Origin: Stylophora pistillata
Taxonomy: Eukaryota
Assembly: GCF_002571385.2 (NCBI RefSeq)
Contig: NW_019217807.1
Coordinates: forward strand, 273,596 to 337,595
Length of the DNA stretch: 64,000 bases
Direction: 5' to 3'
Shown: one piece after another, positions 38,801 to 50,000 of the stretch
Numbering within the stretch: the first letter of the stretch is position 1
How the letters are laid out: each line of letters starts with the position of its first letter
The notes under the pieces: generated by a model
Databases searched by the model: none
Seen by the model: only the letters and a program-made list of their open reading frames with translations
What the model was told of the DNA's origin: nothing
Translations under genes and position numbers: made by a program

Positions 38801-40555
38801 TACTTAGATTTATCATTATTAATGAAAAGGATATTTAAACAATAGCAAAACTGCTGGCGTTTCAGATGTATTCTTTATTTATGGGTTTTGATAAAAAATA
38901 TTTAAACATTTTTTTGCTGAGATTGTTTTGTTGTCATTTTTTTTTAGTTTTTATTTATCAAATTATCAGTGCCCTCCAAAGTGATAGTGATTTTAATACA
39001 GTTTATGTTCTTGGATATAATTGTGCGAAATTGTAGCGAATGCTGTTGGGAAGTGCTCAATACACATGAGTGTAGAGCAAAATACAGTTCAAAATGACTA
39101 AAATGAAACACGCATGATTCCCTGTAACTCTTGAGTTTCGTGCTTACATGCTTGTCAGACAGATGTAATGAAAAACATTCTTGTAGGATAATTTATATAT
39201 ACATCATTCTATATAAAAAAGTAGCTGCTGATTACAATAGGTTGTTTAACAAATGGTAAACACCACAGTGTACACTATTGAGTTATGGATGCACTCGGGA
39301 GGTTNNNNNNNNNNNNNNNNNNNNNNNNNNCTTATTAAAATAATTAACTTTGCTTATGGACAACTCAATATGCAACATGTAAAGCTAACTAAGCCTTAAA
39401 AATACTATGTATAGTTATCTTAATCGGATGACAACTTCAGCAATCAAATTTGAGGTGTCATTTGCTGAATTTTCAAAAGGCGAACAAGTGTATGTGAATA
39501 GGAAATGAAAAGATTCGAGTTATTATAGAACGAATTCAAATATGGCGTCCAATTTGAGTTGCCATTGATCTGGACTCACTAGCCTCTCATACGTGTAATA
39601 ATCCTTTTGTGTTTCCACGTGAAGACGAGGCTAGTGAGTCCGGGTTTAGTCATGTATGTTTTCAGTTCACTCCAGTTTCTTATCGCCCTTGGTAAACACG
39701 GACTTATTTAACAAATGGTAAACACCACAGCGTGCACAATTGAGTTATGGATGCACGCAGGAGGTTGCTAAGCACGAAAGAAGCATAAGAGTCACTCGAG
39801 GCGATAGCCTCGAGTGACTCTAGCTTCTTGAGTGCGCGCTTAGCAAACCTCCCAAGTGCATCCATAACTCAATAGTGTACGCTGTGGTGTTTACCATTTG
39901 TTTTATAACACAACATTGATACATTGTAGCGCAGAAAAATAGTCTTTGCATTTGCTCACGTCAGCAGCATACACCCATGGGCAAATGGGGGGCGCTAAAC
40001 TGACCCATCAGAGCGCGCGCTTTACTTTGGTTATGTTATAATATATACTGGGTGAGAAAAAGTGAAAATTACAATTTCACTTTTTCTCACCCATTATATA
40101 TCAACAACCTATTGTAATCAGCAGCTGCATTTTTTTATATAGAACGATGTAAATATAAATTAGCCAACAAGAATGTTTTTCATTAAATCTGTCTGACGAG
40201 TGTACAAGCACAAAACTCAGAGTTAGAGGGAATCATGCCTGTTTCATTTTAGTCATTTTGAACTGTTCTTGGATATAAATATGTTTTGGACCCTTTTCAG
40301 AGTTATTTTAAGCTGAGCTACCTAAGACTCTGAGCTAGGCCCAAAACATATCATTGACAATGAACCAACTGACTGTTGACCAACATGTGTGCCCATGGAG
40401 TGGATGATTGGTTATTAAATGTGGCGATTTTGTTTTCGTCTTTGTTTGCAACATTAGTGTGGTGATTTTTTCACTCTCTTTCTTGTAGATGGTATCATAC
40501 AAAGTTTGAAGATTATCCAAAGTCTCGTAAAGCTCTGATTCCGTTTGTTTTGTGA
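35823..40555 (+). CDS. SRD5A1: 3-oxo-5-alpha-steroid 4-dehydrogenase (SRD5A1/2 family), 267 aa, 4 exons
   Basis: Exons 35823-36139, 36553-36821, 38613-38763, 40489-40555, phase-consistent. Motifs include YGRY, AWFVQELPAF, NIHSDHILRNLR, YKIPRGGMFTYVSGANFFGEIVEW and HHRWY..KFEDYPKSRKALIPF. Orthology to SRD5A1 versus SRD5A2 is not resolvable. Confidence 0.95.
36192..36432. mobile_element. MITE with G/C-rich termini and 8-bp TSD
   Basis: GGGGGGGTACTC ... GAGTACCCCCCC, with TSD ATCACGCA at 36184-36191 and 36433-36440. Confidence 0.85.
36818..37017 (+). repeat. 100-bp tandem duplication that includes the SRD5A exon-2 donor
   Basis: AGAG|GTATTA.ATGTTAAGTCTAATC... occurs at 36818 and 36918. Confidence 0.92.
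37281..37484 (-). mobile_element. About 200-bp TTAA-CCC (piggyBac-type) MITE, abundant family
   Basis: TTAACCC...GGGTTAA ends. Other copies or fragments lie at about 25420-25590, 30930-31100, 31470-31570, 43375-43530, 51380-51580, 61501-61704, 62460-62944 (interrupted) and 63888-64000. Confidence 0.85.
37539..38410. mobile_element. Harbinger-like MITE hosting the fold-back insertion
   Basis: Termini GGGGACCCG...AAGTCCCAGTAACTTAA and TTAAGTTACCGGGACTT...CGGGTCCCC. Confidence 0.65.
37606..38244. mobile_element. Kolobok-derived fold-back element with a THAP-domain remnant
   Basis: Inverted arms of about 290 bp with TTAA at 37602-37605 and 38245-38248. The ATG at 37876 reads MPTKCVVGGCSNQRNLQESIALHTF, a THAP N-terminus pattern. 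Confidence 0.85.
39021..40263. mobile_element. Composite inverted-repeat insertion flanked by 15-bp direct repeats (contains an N-gap)
   Basis: 39084-39246 is the reverse complement of 40104-40266, and an internal palindrome lies at 39710-39903. TGTTCTTGGATATAA occurs at 39006-39020 and 40264-40278. Confidence 0.7.
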
Positions 40556-41287
40556 AACAGTGAAGGAAATTAGGGAAGGGAAGTAATGAATGAACATTAA
40601 TTTTCAAATTTAGAGTTACCATGTACAGTATTTTTTTTCTTATGTGCATTGAGAACCAACAATAACATGTGCGGTATACTCAAAATGCTTTGTGTTAGTA
40701 ACAGTTTCCCACACCACTGGTCAAGTTCGCCATTCATATTTCAGCATTTTATGTAACATTTAACTCTTCCCTTAATAAAGTATTTTTTATCAAAGGCAAA
40801 GATTGACATATGATTGCTTCTTTGATCTTTTAAGTTTGCATGGACAGTAAATAAATGGTGTGGGAGAAGCAAAAATTCTCCATTGATGAATGGTAATAGC
40901 TGGGTTATGGTTTATGATATGTGACCACTTATGACCTTGTCACCTTTTCTGTCTTCAGTTCTTTTTCACAATTTGAGTCCATCACCATTCCACTTCCTTC
41001 CCTTCTCTCCCTCTCTCCCTCCCCTTCATTGGCAGTATCGCACGATATCCGCGCGTGATCACGCTTTCCGAGTGTGATCCTGACGACAAACCACCATTCG
41101 GGACTCTGTGTGAAATCGAGGCTCGCTTTTCGAAAACTTGCCGCCATGTTTTGTGGAGGGAAGTGAACACCATGGAAGGTGTGTGAGTTTTCACTCTCGT
41201 AAATCGGGTCGTGTTCCTTCACTGACGAGTTATGGTGGAGTTTAAAGTTTACAGGACGGTGATATGAATATTACGGAATGTTTTCCA

Positions 41288-44200
41288 ATGAGGAAGCGAC
41301 GATCTCTCGATAAGACTCCCGGACGATCTCACGACACTTCAGGTAGTTCATCTGATAGTAAGGCAATTCCGTAATTCAACTGTTAATGTTTTCCAAAGTT
41401 TTTTTATAACGTATTATTTCTGGCAATTAATGAAGTGAATTTGATGAAAAGTCGTTTGCTTTAAGTTCAGCGGTGCATGCTCGGTATGAAATAGCGACAG
41501 TGACAAAAGAAATTATGCTAGTGTGAATGTTTTTGTCCAGCGAAGGAAAAGTGTTTCTCTTGTATCGTTGAGCATGGACTGAATACAGAATACAAGGGAG
41601 CTGTATGGTTTGAAAGATGGGCAAAACTACAGAATACAGGGCCTCTTAATTACATCTCACTGAATCACAATGCATCCTTTTGTTTTCTGCCTCGTTCTTC
41701 AAAGCATGCCGACAAGGTGGACCTCAATGGCCCCGAAAGATGATTTGATTTTATCAACTGAGTCGATGATGTAAATTGGCCTTAATAAAGAGTTTTTACA
41801 GCGGACGTTTCGAGCGGCAGCCCTTCGTTAGAGCGAATGTGTGGTTTGAATTGTAAACTGGGTGTTCGTTCACCATTACGTTATATCTACTTTTCAGCCC
41901 TCAGCCGGTCTCCTCCAGTAAGTAGACTACGGCGAACTCCTCGTCGCCTCGGAGGTAGTATTTGTAATAACTCACTGTTGGATCAGTCTCTTGAAATTGT
42001 ATGGGACAACAATTCTCCATCACCTACAAGATTTACTCAGGGTATGTTACAGGTTGTGGGTTCGTTATGGAGTTGTTCACAATATCGTCCATGGTTAACT
42101 ACCTGCGCAGTGCATTTAAAACAATTATTCAGTCCAAGAAGTGTCTCATTCATAGTAATGGATTATACAACATAGAAACATTAACTGAAAACTAGGCTCA
42201 ATACAAAGTGATTACCGGTCTAAGTCTTAAATTTTCCCTTCTACATGTACTGTTAGGTAAACTGTTCAATCTGCAAGCTTATAAAATAGTGTGTGTAAGT
42301 TTTGAACAGGGTAATTTTGTCAACTTAGTAGAAATTGTAAATTGGCCACCCTAAAGAGTTAAAAAGCTGATGTTTCAAATGTTAGCCCTTCATCATTTGC
42401 TCTGTTGAAGGGCTAATGCTTGAAACATCAGCTTTTTAACTCTTTATGGTGGCCAATTTACAATTTCAACTAAGTTGATAAAACCAAATTACCTTGTTAC
42501 CCCCACTGATGCAGCCACAGTTTTTTCAGAAACTTACCTCCTTTTTAAGTGGTGAACAGTTATTAACTGTAACATGAATGAAAAACAAGTCAATGGTACA
42601 AAAAATTCCATGAACAGACAACTTTCTAAAAAGTAATTTCACATTCATAAAAAACATAGGCTTTTACTTTTTCGCACTGGTTGAGTTCTCTTCCAATTTA
42701 TACCTGATCCATGTTCATCTAACCAACCCAACTGCAATATTGCACTACTCCCTGGCTCATTGGGAACACTGAGAACCTCTCAAATTTTCATTGGTATGGA
42801 CCTGTTCTCATGCAATCCAGAGAGAAGCCTCTTCATAATTTGCATGTGAATGTGTTAAAATAAATAGACTGTGTACATATAACAAATTTTTCTGTCAATT
42901 TAATAGGGAAAAGGAAGAAACACCATGGAAGTGACAGCAGCAGCAGTGGAGGTGAAATTTCAGATTTGGTACAAAAGTTGGCTGACAAGGTGAATGTAGT
43001 GCAGGGCAGTGTTTGGATAAGACTTATTTTATTTCCTCGGCCACATTCTTAGTATCTTTTGTTCTGTAAGTATGAGTAACCTTACTCAGTCTTGGTCCAT
43101 ACTTACAGGTAGGTCACTCAGAAATATGTTTGCTACAAAATGATCAGGTTTTGGTTGAGCATCAACTGATGGTCATAGGTCAACTGACATTTGACCAATA
43201 GTGAGGTGATGTAAGCTGACTCTTAGTTATCTACACTTAGATATCAACTTATGTTGGCTGAGTGTTTGGTGGTCATTAATTGACTCTATTGGCTGACAAT
43301 CAGCTTGTGTATATTGATGGACTAACAGCAAACATTTGAACTAATAGACATACTTTTAACCAAATCTACTTTTTACTTTTACCCCTAAGAGTGGCTGTCA
43401 TTTAATTTGTAAGTACAACATCACCTTAAACATTCAAGAAGTTCTCGATTGTTTGACAAATTCTCCTTGTCAGCACCTTAGGAAGTGTATGGAGAAACAG
43501 TATGGAGAGTATGCACACCTTATCAGTTTAAGACATCAGGTACCTTTGGGTCTTTCACTGGTATATGCTGCTCTAATAGGTGGGTACAAACTATAATTAA
43601 AGAAATTTTTTTCTGTCAGTCTGGTAGTACGCCAGAAGCAAATCCACCATTGCTAGCATTCTGGATGTCCAGAGAACACAACACCTCAGCACAGGCCAAC
43701 AGTAGCAATGCTTCAGTGAAAGGGGATGGAAGTAGTGGGCAGAAGATCAAGGAATTCCAGACACCATCCCGAAGATCTAGGTAAGTGGTGTCATTGCCAT
43801 TTTTTGTGACTGGTCTCTATTCATTATGATTTTGTTTCTGCCTGTTTTTCTATAAGTGGATAATGAAATATATCTTTTTTGTAGACGGCTTCTTCGGAAA
43901 TGCAACAAATCCAAGATGAAACTTCTGAAACAGGACCTTGAACTTCTTGTACTTCCACCAGAGAAAACAGGTTAAAATGGGGATTTTGAATCCATTGAGA
44001 ACATTTATAGCATGGCTGTGAAGACCTCATTTTGTCAAATTCATTTTTCAAGATGATTATAATTATGGTAGTGGTTTCTTTTAGGATTTCTTATGAAGCT
44101 ATTATTATTAATATTACTGTTGTTGTTGTTATTGGAATCGTTGTGGTTATTTTCCTTTACAGAAGAGGAAGCCACAATTAGAGAGGAGAGTTCAGAAACT

Positions 44201-46245
44201 TTAAGGTACATGAAGCTTTACTCAAAATATTTTGTTGGTAAATCTATTAAGTGGAGGTCCACTTAATAGACCGCCTCCCAGTTAGCTCTATTGATAAAGC
44301 GCTGGACTGTTGTGCAGGAGGTCGAGGGTTCGAGCCCCTGCTGGACCAACACTCAAGGTCTTAAAACAAGTGAGAAGAATATGCTACCTTTCTATATCAA
44401 GAAATGGTTAGATACTCTAGTCTTCTCGGATAGGGACGAATAATTGGAGGTCCCGTCTCCTGCAGGGTTTGGGGTAGGAGACCTTAATTTCCCACGCAGG
44501 AGATTACTGTGTGATGGATGTCCTCCCCTGGGGTGGTTGCTGGGTGGCAATTGACCCTGAAAAGCCCCCATGGGGAGTGGTCAATTAACATAATGTATGT
44601 ATGTACAACACAGCCTTTTTTGTCCTCTTTTTCTTGCAGCAAGTTACATCAAAAAGCCTGCCAGGACACTGAAGATGTAAATCAAGGTGTAAAAGTAAAG
44701 GGATCTGAAAGCTCAGAGTTCTTTGATGACTGGGGCTCCGATGAAGATGATCTGATTCTCAGTCAAATGGAGATTCCTGTTTTGAAAAGTGCCATTCCAG
44801 AAACACAAGTCATGACCAACACACAATTCCTGGACAGTGGGGGAGATATTCAGCAAAACAGTGAGTTGGTGCTGCCACTGCTTACCAAAAGCCACAGAAC
44901 TAATGCAAATGTAGATACCATTGATAAAATTTGTACAGAAAGTTGGGATTTTGTTAATGATGACACTGATGATGACTACATTCTTCAGACTGCTCTTGAG
45001 GATGTTGAAAAATCCCAGCAGGTTACCATTCCAACTGTTAGAAGAGTGTCACATTTGTACATAAAACCTGATATGCTTAATGTCAATGAGGGAAAAAAAG
45101 GTGATTTGCATGGCAGAGGGAATGCTTGTGTGAAAGACAAGAGTGACATTACCAGGTCAAAGGACCAATGTTTTAGACTACAGAATAATCCCACACTGCA
45201 AGTACAAAGCACAAGAAAAAGAGACTATTCCTTTGTGCATCACTCTTCTATTCAAAGCAGCAGTACTGTGCAGACAAAAAGTTTCACAACTATTCAAGAA
45301 AATAAAAATGATTTAAAGATTACCGCCAGTGACACCCCACTGCAAACAAAGCCTCAGAGAGTGGTACAACAAGCGACAATTTGCCCAGAGATTGACAATA
45401 AAAACCAGGAATTTAGGATGCAGCAGAGAAATAAATCAGAAGGAAGTACACTGGGTGAGTATTTCCTGTGTGATAACATTTATTCAAGAGTGCTTTTACG
45501 TAACAAATAGAATCTATGTTGCTGTGCATCTGTTCAGCAGTGGATCTCAGATTATGTGAAAATGTGGCAAGAACAAAAAGCTACCCATGATGGGTGGGTG
45601 AGTGTCATTGATGTTCTTACCACAGTTTGACATCTTCTGTGAGCCATTACTGTTGAGAGCCACGCCAATATGGAATCTATTTGTTTTGTAGAATAAAGAA
45701 GTGATAAAGTGTCGATGGTGATGGTATCTACATACATATCCCTCAGTCAATCATAAGTAAGAATCAATGAAATGCACATACCAGCAAATGAAAATGTTAA
45801 CTCAGTGTGGGTGTCTATTTTCCACCATGGAGACCTGCCAGCAGATGGGGTTTGAGGAAAAAGTTAAGGTGGTAGAATTTTTCCCACTGTGTTTGTTCAC
45901 TTTTTGCAACTTTTTGATTCACTACTTGTCCATACTAGCTGCTCACTTTCTGCCTGTTTCTGTTGGTCAAATATTCATTCATAATTAGTAGATTTGCTTG
46001 TGCCTGGTGCCAGGGTGATGGAGCTGATTAAGAAACAAATTTTCCCTGCTTGGTTATAGGTCATTGTTCTCTCTAATAAATAAGCTTGATATTCATAAAT
46101 AAGTGATTTAATTTTTTTTACTGCATGCTTTTAAGGAGGCTCCAAGACAGCTAAATACTCTAAGGAAGAGATAGAAAGGAAAAAGTTGGCTGCTCAAAGT
46201 CGCCGGCAACAAAAAATGGCACAGTCAAGTCAGTTCAAGCAGTAA
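41288..46245 (+). CDS. ETAA1: ETAA1-like ATR activator, about 498 aa (506 from the in-frame ATG at 41264), 8 exons
   Basis: Exons 41288-41342, 41898-42041, 42907-42989, 43620-43780, 43885-43970, 44163-44205, 44640-45454, 46136-46245, phase-consistent. AAD-like EIVWDNNSPSP..GKRKK..EISDLVQKLA..LLAFW, RPA70-binding-like DDTDDDYILQTALEDVEK and RPA32-binding-like YSKEEIERKKLAAQSRR. Confidence 0.88.
41746..41838 (-). mobile_element. Hammerhead-bearing short element (core G-to-A mutated)
   Basis: Minus strand reads gct-CTAACGA-agggc-tgcc-gctc-GAAAC-GTC. Confidence 0.7.
42310..42545. mobile_element. Hammerhead-bearing element with inverted arm and about 14-bp TSD
   Basis: 42310-42395 is inverted against about 42403-42493. 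The plus strand reads gct-CTGTTGA-agggc-taat-gctt-GAAAC-ATC-agc. Flanks TAAGTTTTGAACAG and TAAGTGGTGAACAG lie at 42296 and 42546. Confidence 0.8.
44270..44605 (+). mobile_element. tRNA-derived SINE, family B, with AAAGCCCC..GGGGAG..(ATGT)n tail
   Basis: Body is homologous to 30243-30515. It ends about 35 bp before the ETAA1 exon-7 acceptor. Confidence 0.85.
45501..45688. mobile_element. About 185-bp palindromic interspersed repeat
   Basis: AACAAATAGAATCTATGTTG... and ...CAATATGGAATCTATTTGTT arms. A fragment of the same family lies at about 2285-2345. Confidence 0.75.
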
Positions 46246-47071
46246 AGACAGACTGCAGGAGATTGAAAATGGATTTGTTGTATATGGGTTTTAAATGTTT
46301 GCTCAACATTTGTCAATATTATGAAGAATCCAATTCTTTATGTACATGAAACAGTGAATAAAACTGATTCAATGAAGATTGCTCACAGTTATATTATTGA
46401 TAATTATTGAGTGAGTGAACACTTAATTTAAACACAAGGGAGTATTCAGCAGAGCTGGTGGGGTCGTGTATTTAGAAATAAAAAATAAGTATTAAAAATT
46501 TAATTAAGAACCTAGAATTATGTACAAGAATTATGCTATGTACAAGACTGTAAATTTAAAATCCTAAAAATAAATACAATCGTCTTTATACTTGATTACA
46601 GCGGCAATTGGATCAAAATTTATTTATTGTGATTTGTCAGTGACAAGTTGTTCTATTGTTTGCCTCAGTAGCCATTCCCCCTGATATTGATCTGCCACAC
46701 TAATAAAATGCAACATTTTGTGATAGCTGAGTTCAGTAAGTGTAATATCATCCAATTAAGGTGCTTTTCAAAATTATTTTTGGTTTCACACTCTTGATAG
46801 TTCAGGGGAGTGCATTGTCATTTTGTATGGGCATGCAAGGGTACAATGCATGCTTCAGCCCACATTATTTGTGGCCTGGGGGCGGGCTAATAGCACAAGC
46901 AGTTCCTGCAATGTAAAGTACCCTTCGAGCATTTGTTCAGTGTCTTCCGATAAACAGGAGTACTAACTATGGGTGATAGATTATGACTGGCTAAGTAACC
47001 AGAGAGGATTGTTCTTGAATCTTGGCAAGCAGGGTTTGTGTGGGTCAAAGGCTGCAAATCTGTGCTTCAGA

Positions 47072-50000
47072 TCAACTATTCCAACTCCAGCCCCCAGTTG
47101 TTGTAGAAGAGTTTGACCAAAGAGTGGATCCATCATCATACCAATTCCCAGGATTGTCAACAGGCTCACCCCACCCTGTGGGACTGTCAATGCCTTTGAG
47201 TTCCTTGCCACCCCAGCGATCTGGTCCCTTGGGTGGGTTTGGCATAGTGCCTGGGGGAGCCTGGTAACAGTCAGCATTTGTAGTTGACTTGAGGTTGCCA
47301 AGTGCTTGAATGCGGCTGGGTGTTGCCTTTGAAGGGGTGGCTTTAGATGCACAAGATGCCTTCTCCTTATGAAGAGCATTGACATACTGTTGTACCATAA
47401 CATCATCCATGTTATCATTATCACTGATTGCAATAATGTCCTCTAAATCTTCATCATCAATCACATGCACTGGAGCAACAACTGATGTGTCCCAATCATC
47501 CCAAGGATCTGAGTTGGTTTTCTCCTTCTGGGTATTGCATTTTTCTGATGTCGTGTGTAATGACTCCTTGTTTCTGTCATTGGGATTATCCCATTTGTGG
47601 CTTGCTCCTGTTGTTAACTGTTCATTGACACTCTCTTTTGGCTGTCCAGGTTGTGGCTTTTGTGTTTGGTAGTGCTTTCCATACCGTTTATTTCTGAATC
47701 GTGGAGGAAGATTAATATTTGAAGCAGAATCTTCATTTGCAGCAACATTTACTTTTTCTTTGTGGTTTTCAAGTTCATTCTGAAACAAAGATGCTGTTTG
47801 AATATCTCCTTGTGACTGGGTGCCACTCATTGAGGCCTTTGACCAGTCTGCGCCCCCAGCAGAATCCACACAGGAGTCAACTTTAATCTCTTCCTGTTGT
47901 AGTTGGGTAGAAGAGAAGCACACGGAGTCAGCAGTACTTCCATGTTTACCAGCACCAATGCATTTGTCAACAGTTTCCTGAAAAGAAGTCAATAACAACA
48001 TGTTAAGTTTTTTTAAAGGTTACCTGATGACCTCTCAAAGCACGAAATCAGTTAAAATATAACAAAGACATAGAAGGAGGAAGAGGCAGTGTGGCTGAGT
48101 GGTTAGAATGCTGAACTTGTAATCTGATGGTCCTCAGTTTCAAGCAGTCCACCCTGCTAATCACTCGATTTGTTCTTGGTTTCCCCAAGTTCAACTTCTT
48201 GTTGCACTATGTATATAGCCAACTAGTCTGCTGCCAGCTAGTTTTGATTTTTTTTAACACTGTGTTTGTTGTTTGTACTGGCCTTGACAAGCCCCATTAG
48301 GGGAGTGGACAATGTAGTATACTTACTTTTAAATCCTAGGCAATATTGCAAAATCCACAAATATACATCAGGTGAAATTCAACCTGTTAAGCAACTAACA
48401 CAGTACTGCATTTTACTGAGTGCAAAACCTTGCTAGATCTTTAAAAAATTCTGAAAACACCAACTGGGGGTGCCTTCTATCACACTTGACTGTGTAGATT
48501 TATAAAAATCCAAAACAACTAATTATACTATAAATGTATATTTTTATAACCTTTGCCTGGGGCAATGTTGTTGACCAGAGATTGGATCCATCATCATACC
48601 AATTGCGCGAATCCTCAACAAGTTCACCCCACCCTGTGGGACCGTCAATGTCTTTGAGTTCCTTGCCACCCCAGCGATCTGGTCCCTTGGGTGGGTTTGG
48701 TATAGTGCCTGGAGGGACCTGGTAAGAGTCAGCATTTGTAGTTGACTTGAGGTTACCAAGAGCTTGAATGCGGCTGGGTGTTGCCTTTGAAGGGGTGGCT
48801 TTAGAAGCACCAGATGCCTTCTGATGAAGAGCATTAACATACTGTTGTACCATAACATCATCCATGTTATCATTATCACTGACTGTAATAATTTCGTCCA
48901 AATCTTCATCATCCATCACATGCACTGGAGCTACTACCGACGTTTCCCAATCATTCCAGGGATCTGAATTTGTTTTCTCCTTCTGGGTATTACATTTTTC
49001 TGGCATCATGCGTAATGACCCCTGCTTGTTTCTTTGACTAGGATTATCCCAATTGTGTCTTACTCTCATCTCAAACTGATGTTCATTGACACTCTCTTTT
49101 GGTTGACCTGGCCCTGGCCTTTGTGTTTGAAAGTGTTTTCCAATGTGTTTATTTTTTAATCTTGGAGGAAGATTATTATTCATAGCACCATCTTCACAGT
49201 TACCAATATTCAATTTGTGTATGTGGTTTTCAAGGTTATTATGAAACAGTGATGCCCTTTTCATTTCCTTTTGCCACTGTGTGCTTTGCATGGGGGTTTT
49301 TGAACAGTTTTTGTTACCAGTTAATTCTGTATAGCAATCAGTTTGAATGGGTTTGAACCCATCTAGTTGTTGCTGATTGGAGGACGATGACACATAACCT
49401 GAACTGTTTCCATTTTCACCAGTATCATTCAACTACAAAGAAGACAATGTTGACAATGTTAAGTCAATGTTAAGTCATTATTTAGTTAACTGATGACTGA
49501 CATAAGAAATCAGACAATCAAAATCAATTAATTTTTTTCTGCCAAAAACTCTTTTGCATAATATCCTATCATAAATTCATACTCTTCCTTTTTTTAACGT
49601 TTTCATTCAGGTCTTTTGTTATATATGAGCATTACTCTCATCAATATTCTGTTCTTTTTTCCTTCATAATTTTCCTTTATTTATATAATAATAGTAATAA
49701 TAATGATAATATACATTAATTGAAGCTTCCCCTTAGGGGCTTTTCAGCCACAATGTAGACTAACTAATGTAGACTAACTACACAATGTAGACTAACTAAG
49801 AGCCCCACTAGCAGGAGGCAGACCAGTAGGCTATTTACAGAGCGCAGCAGAGGAGTTGAACTAGGGGCAACCGGGAACAAATCCAGTGAGTGGCAGGGTG
49901 GAGGACTTGAACTCGGGACACCGGATTACAAGTCCAGCACCCTAACCACTCGGCCACGCCGCCTCCTACATGTATCACTTGTTCAACATAGATTTTATTC

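Noticed and set aside
44518-44639. N-terminus of the 330-aa ORF
   Set aside because: This is SINE tail and intron. The real exon starts at the acceptor at 44640.
48025-48050. CTGATGA...GAAA hammerhead-like strings at about 48025 and 49490
   Set aside because: No stem II or stem III pairing. They are paralogous intron flanks of the duplicated exon.
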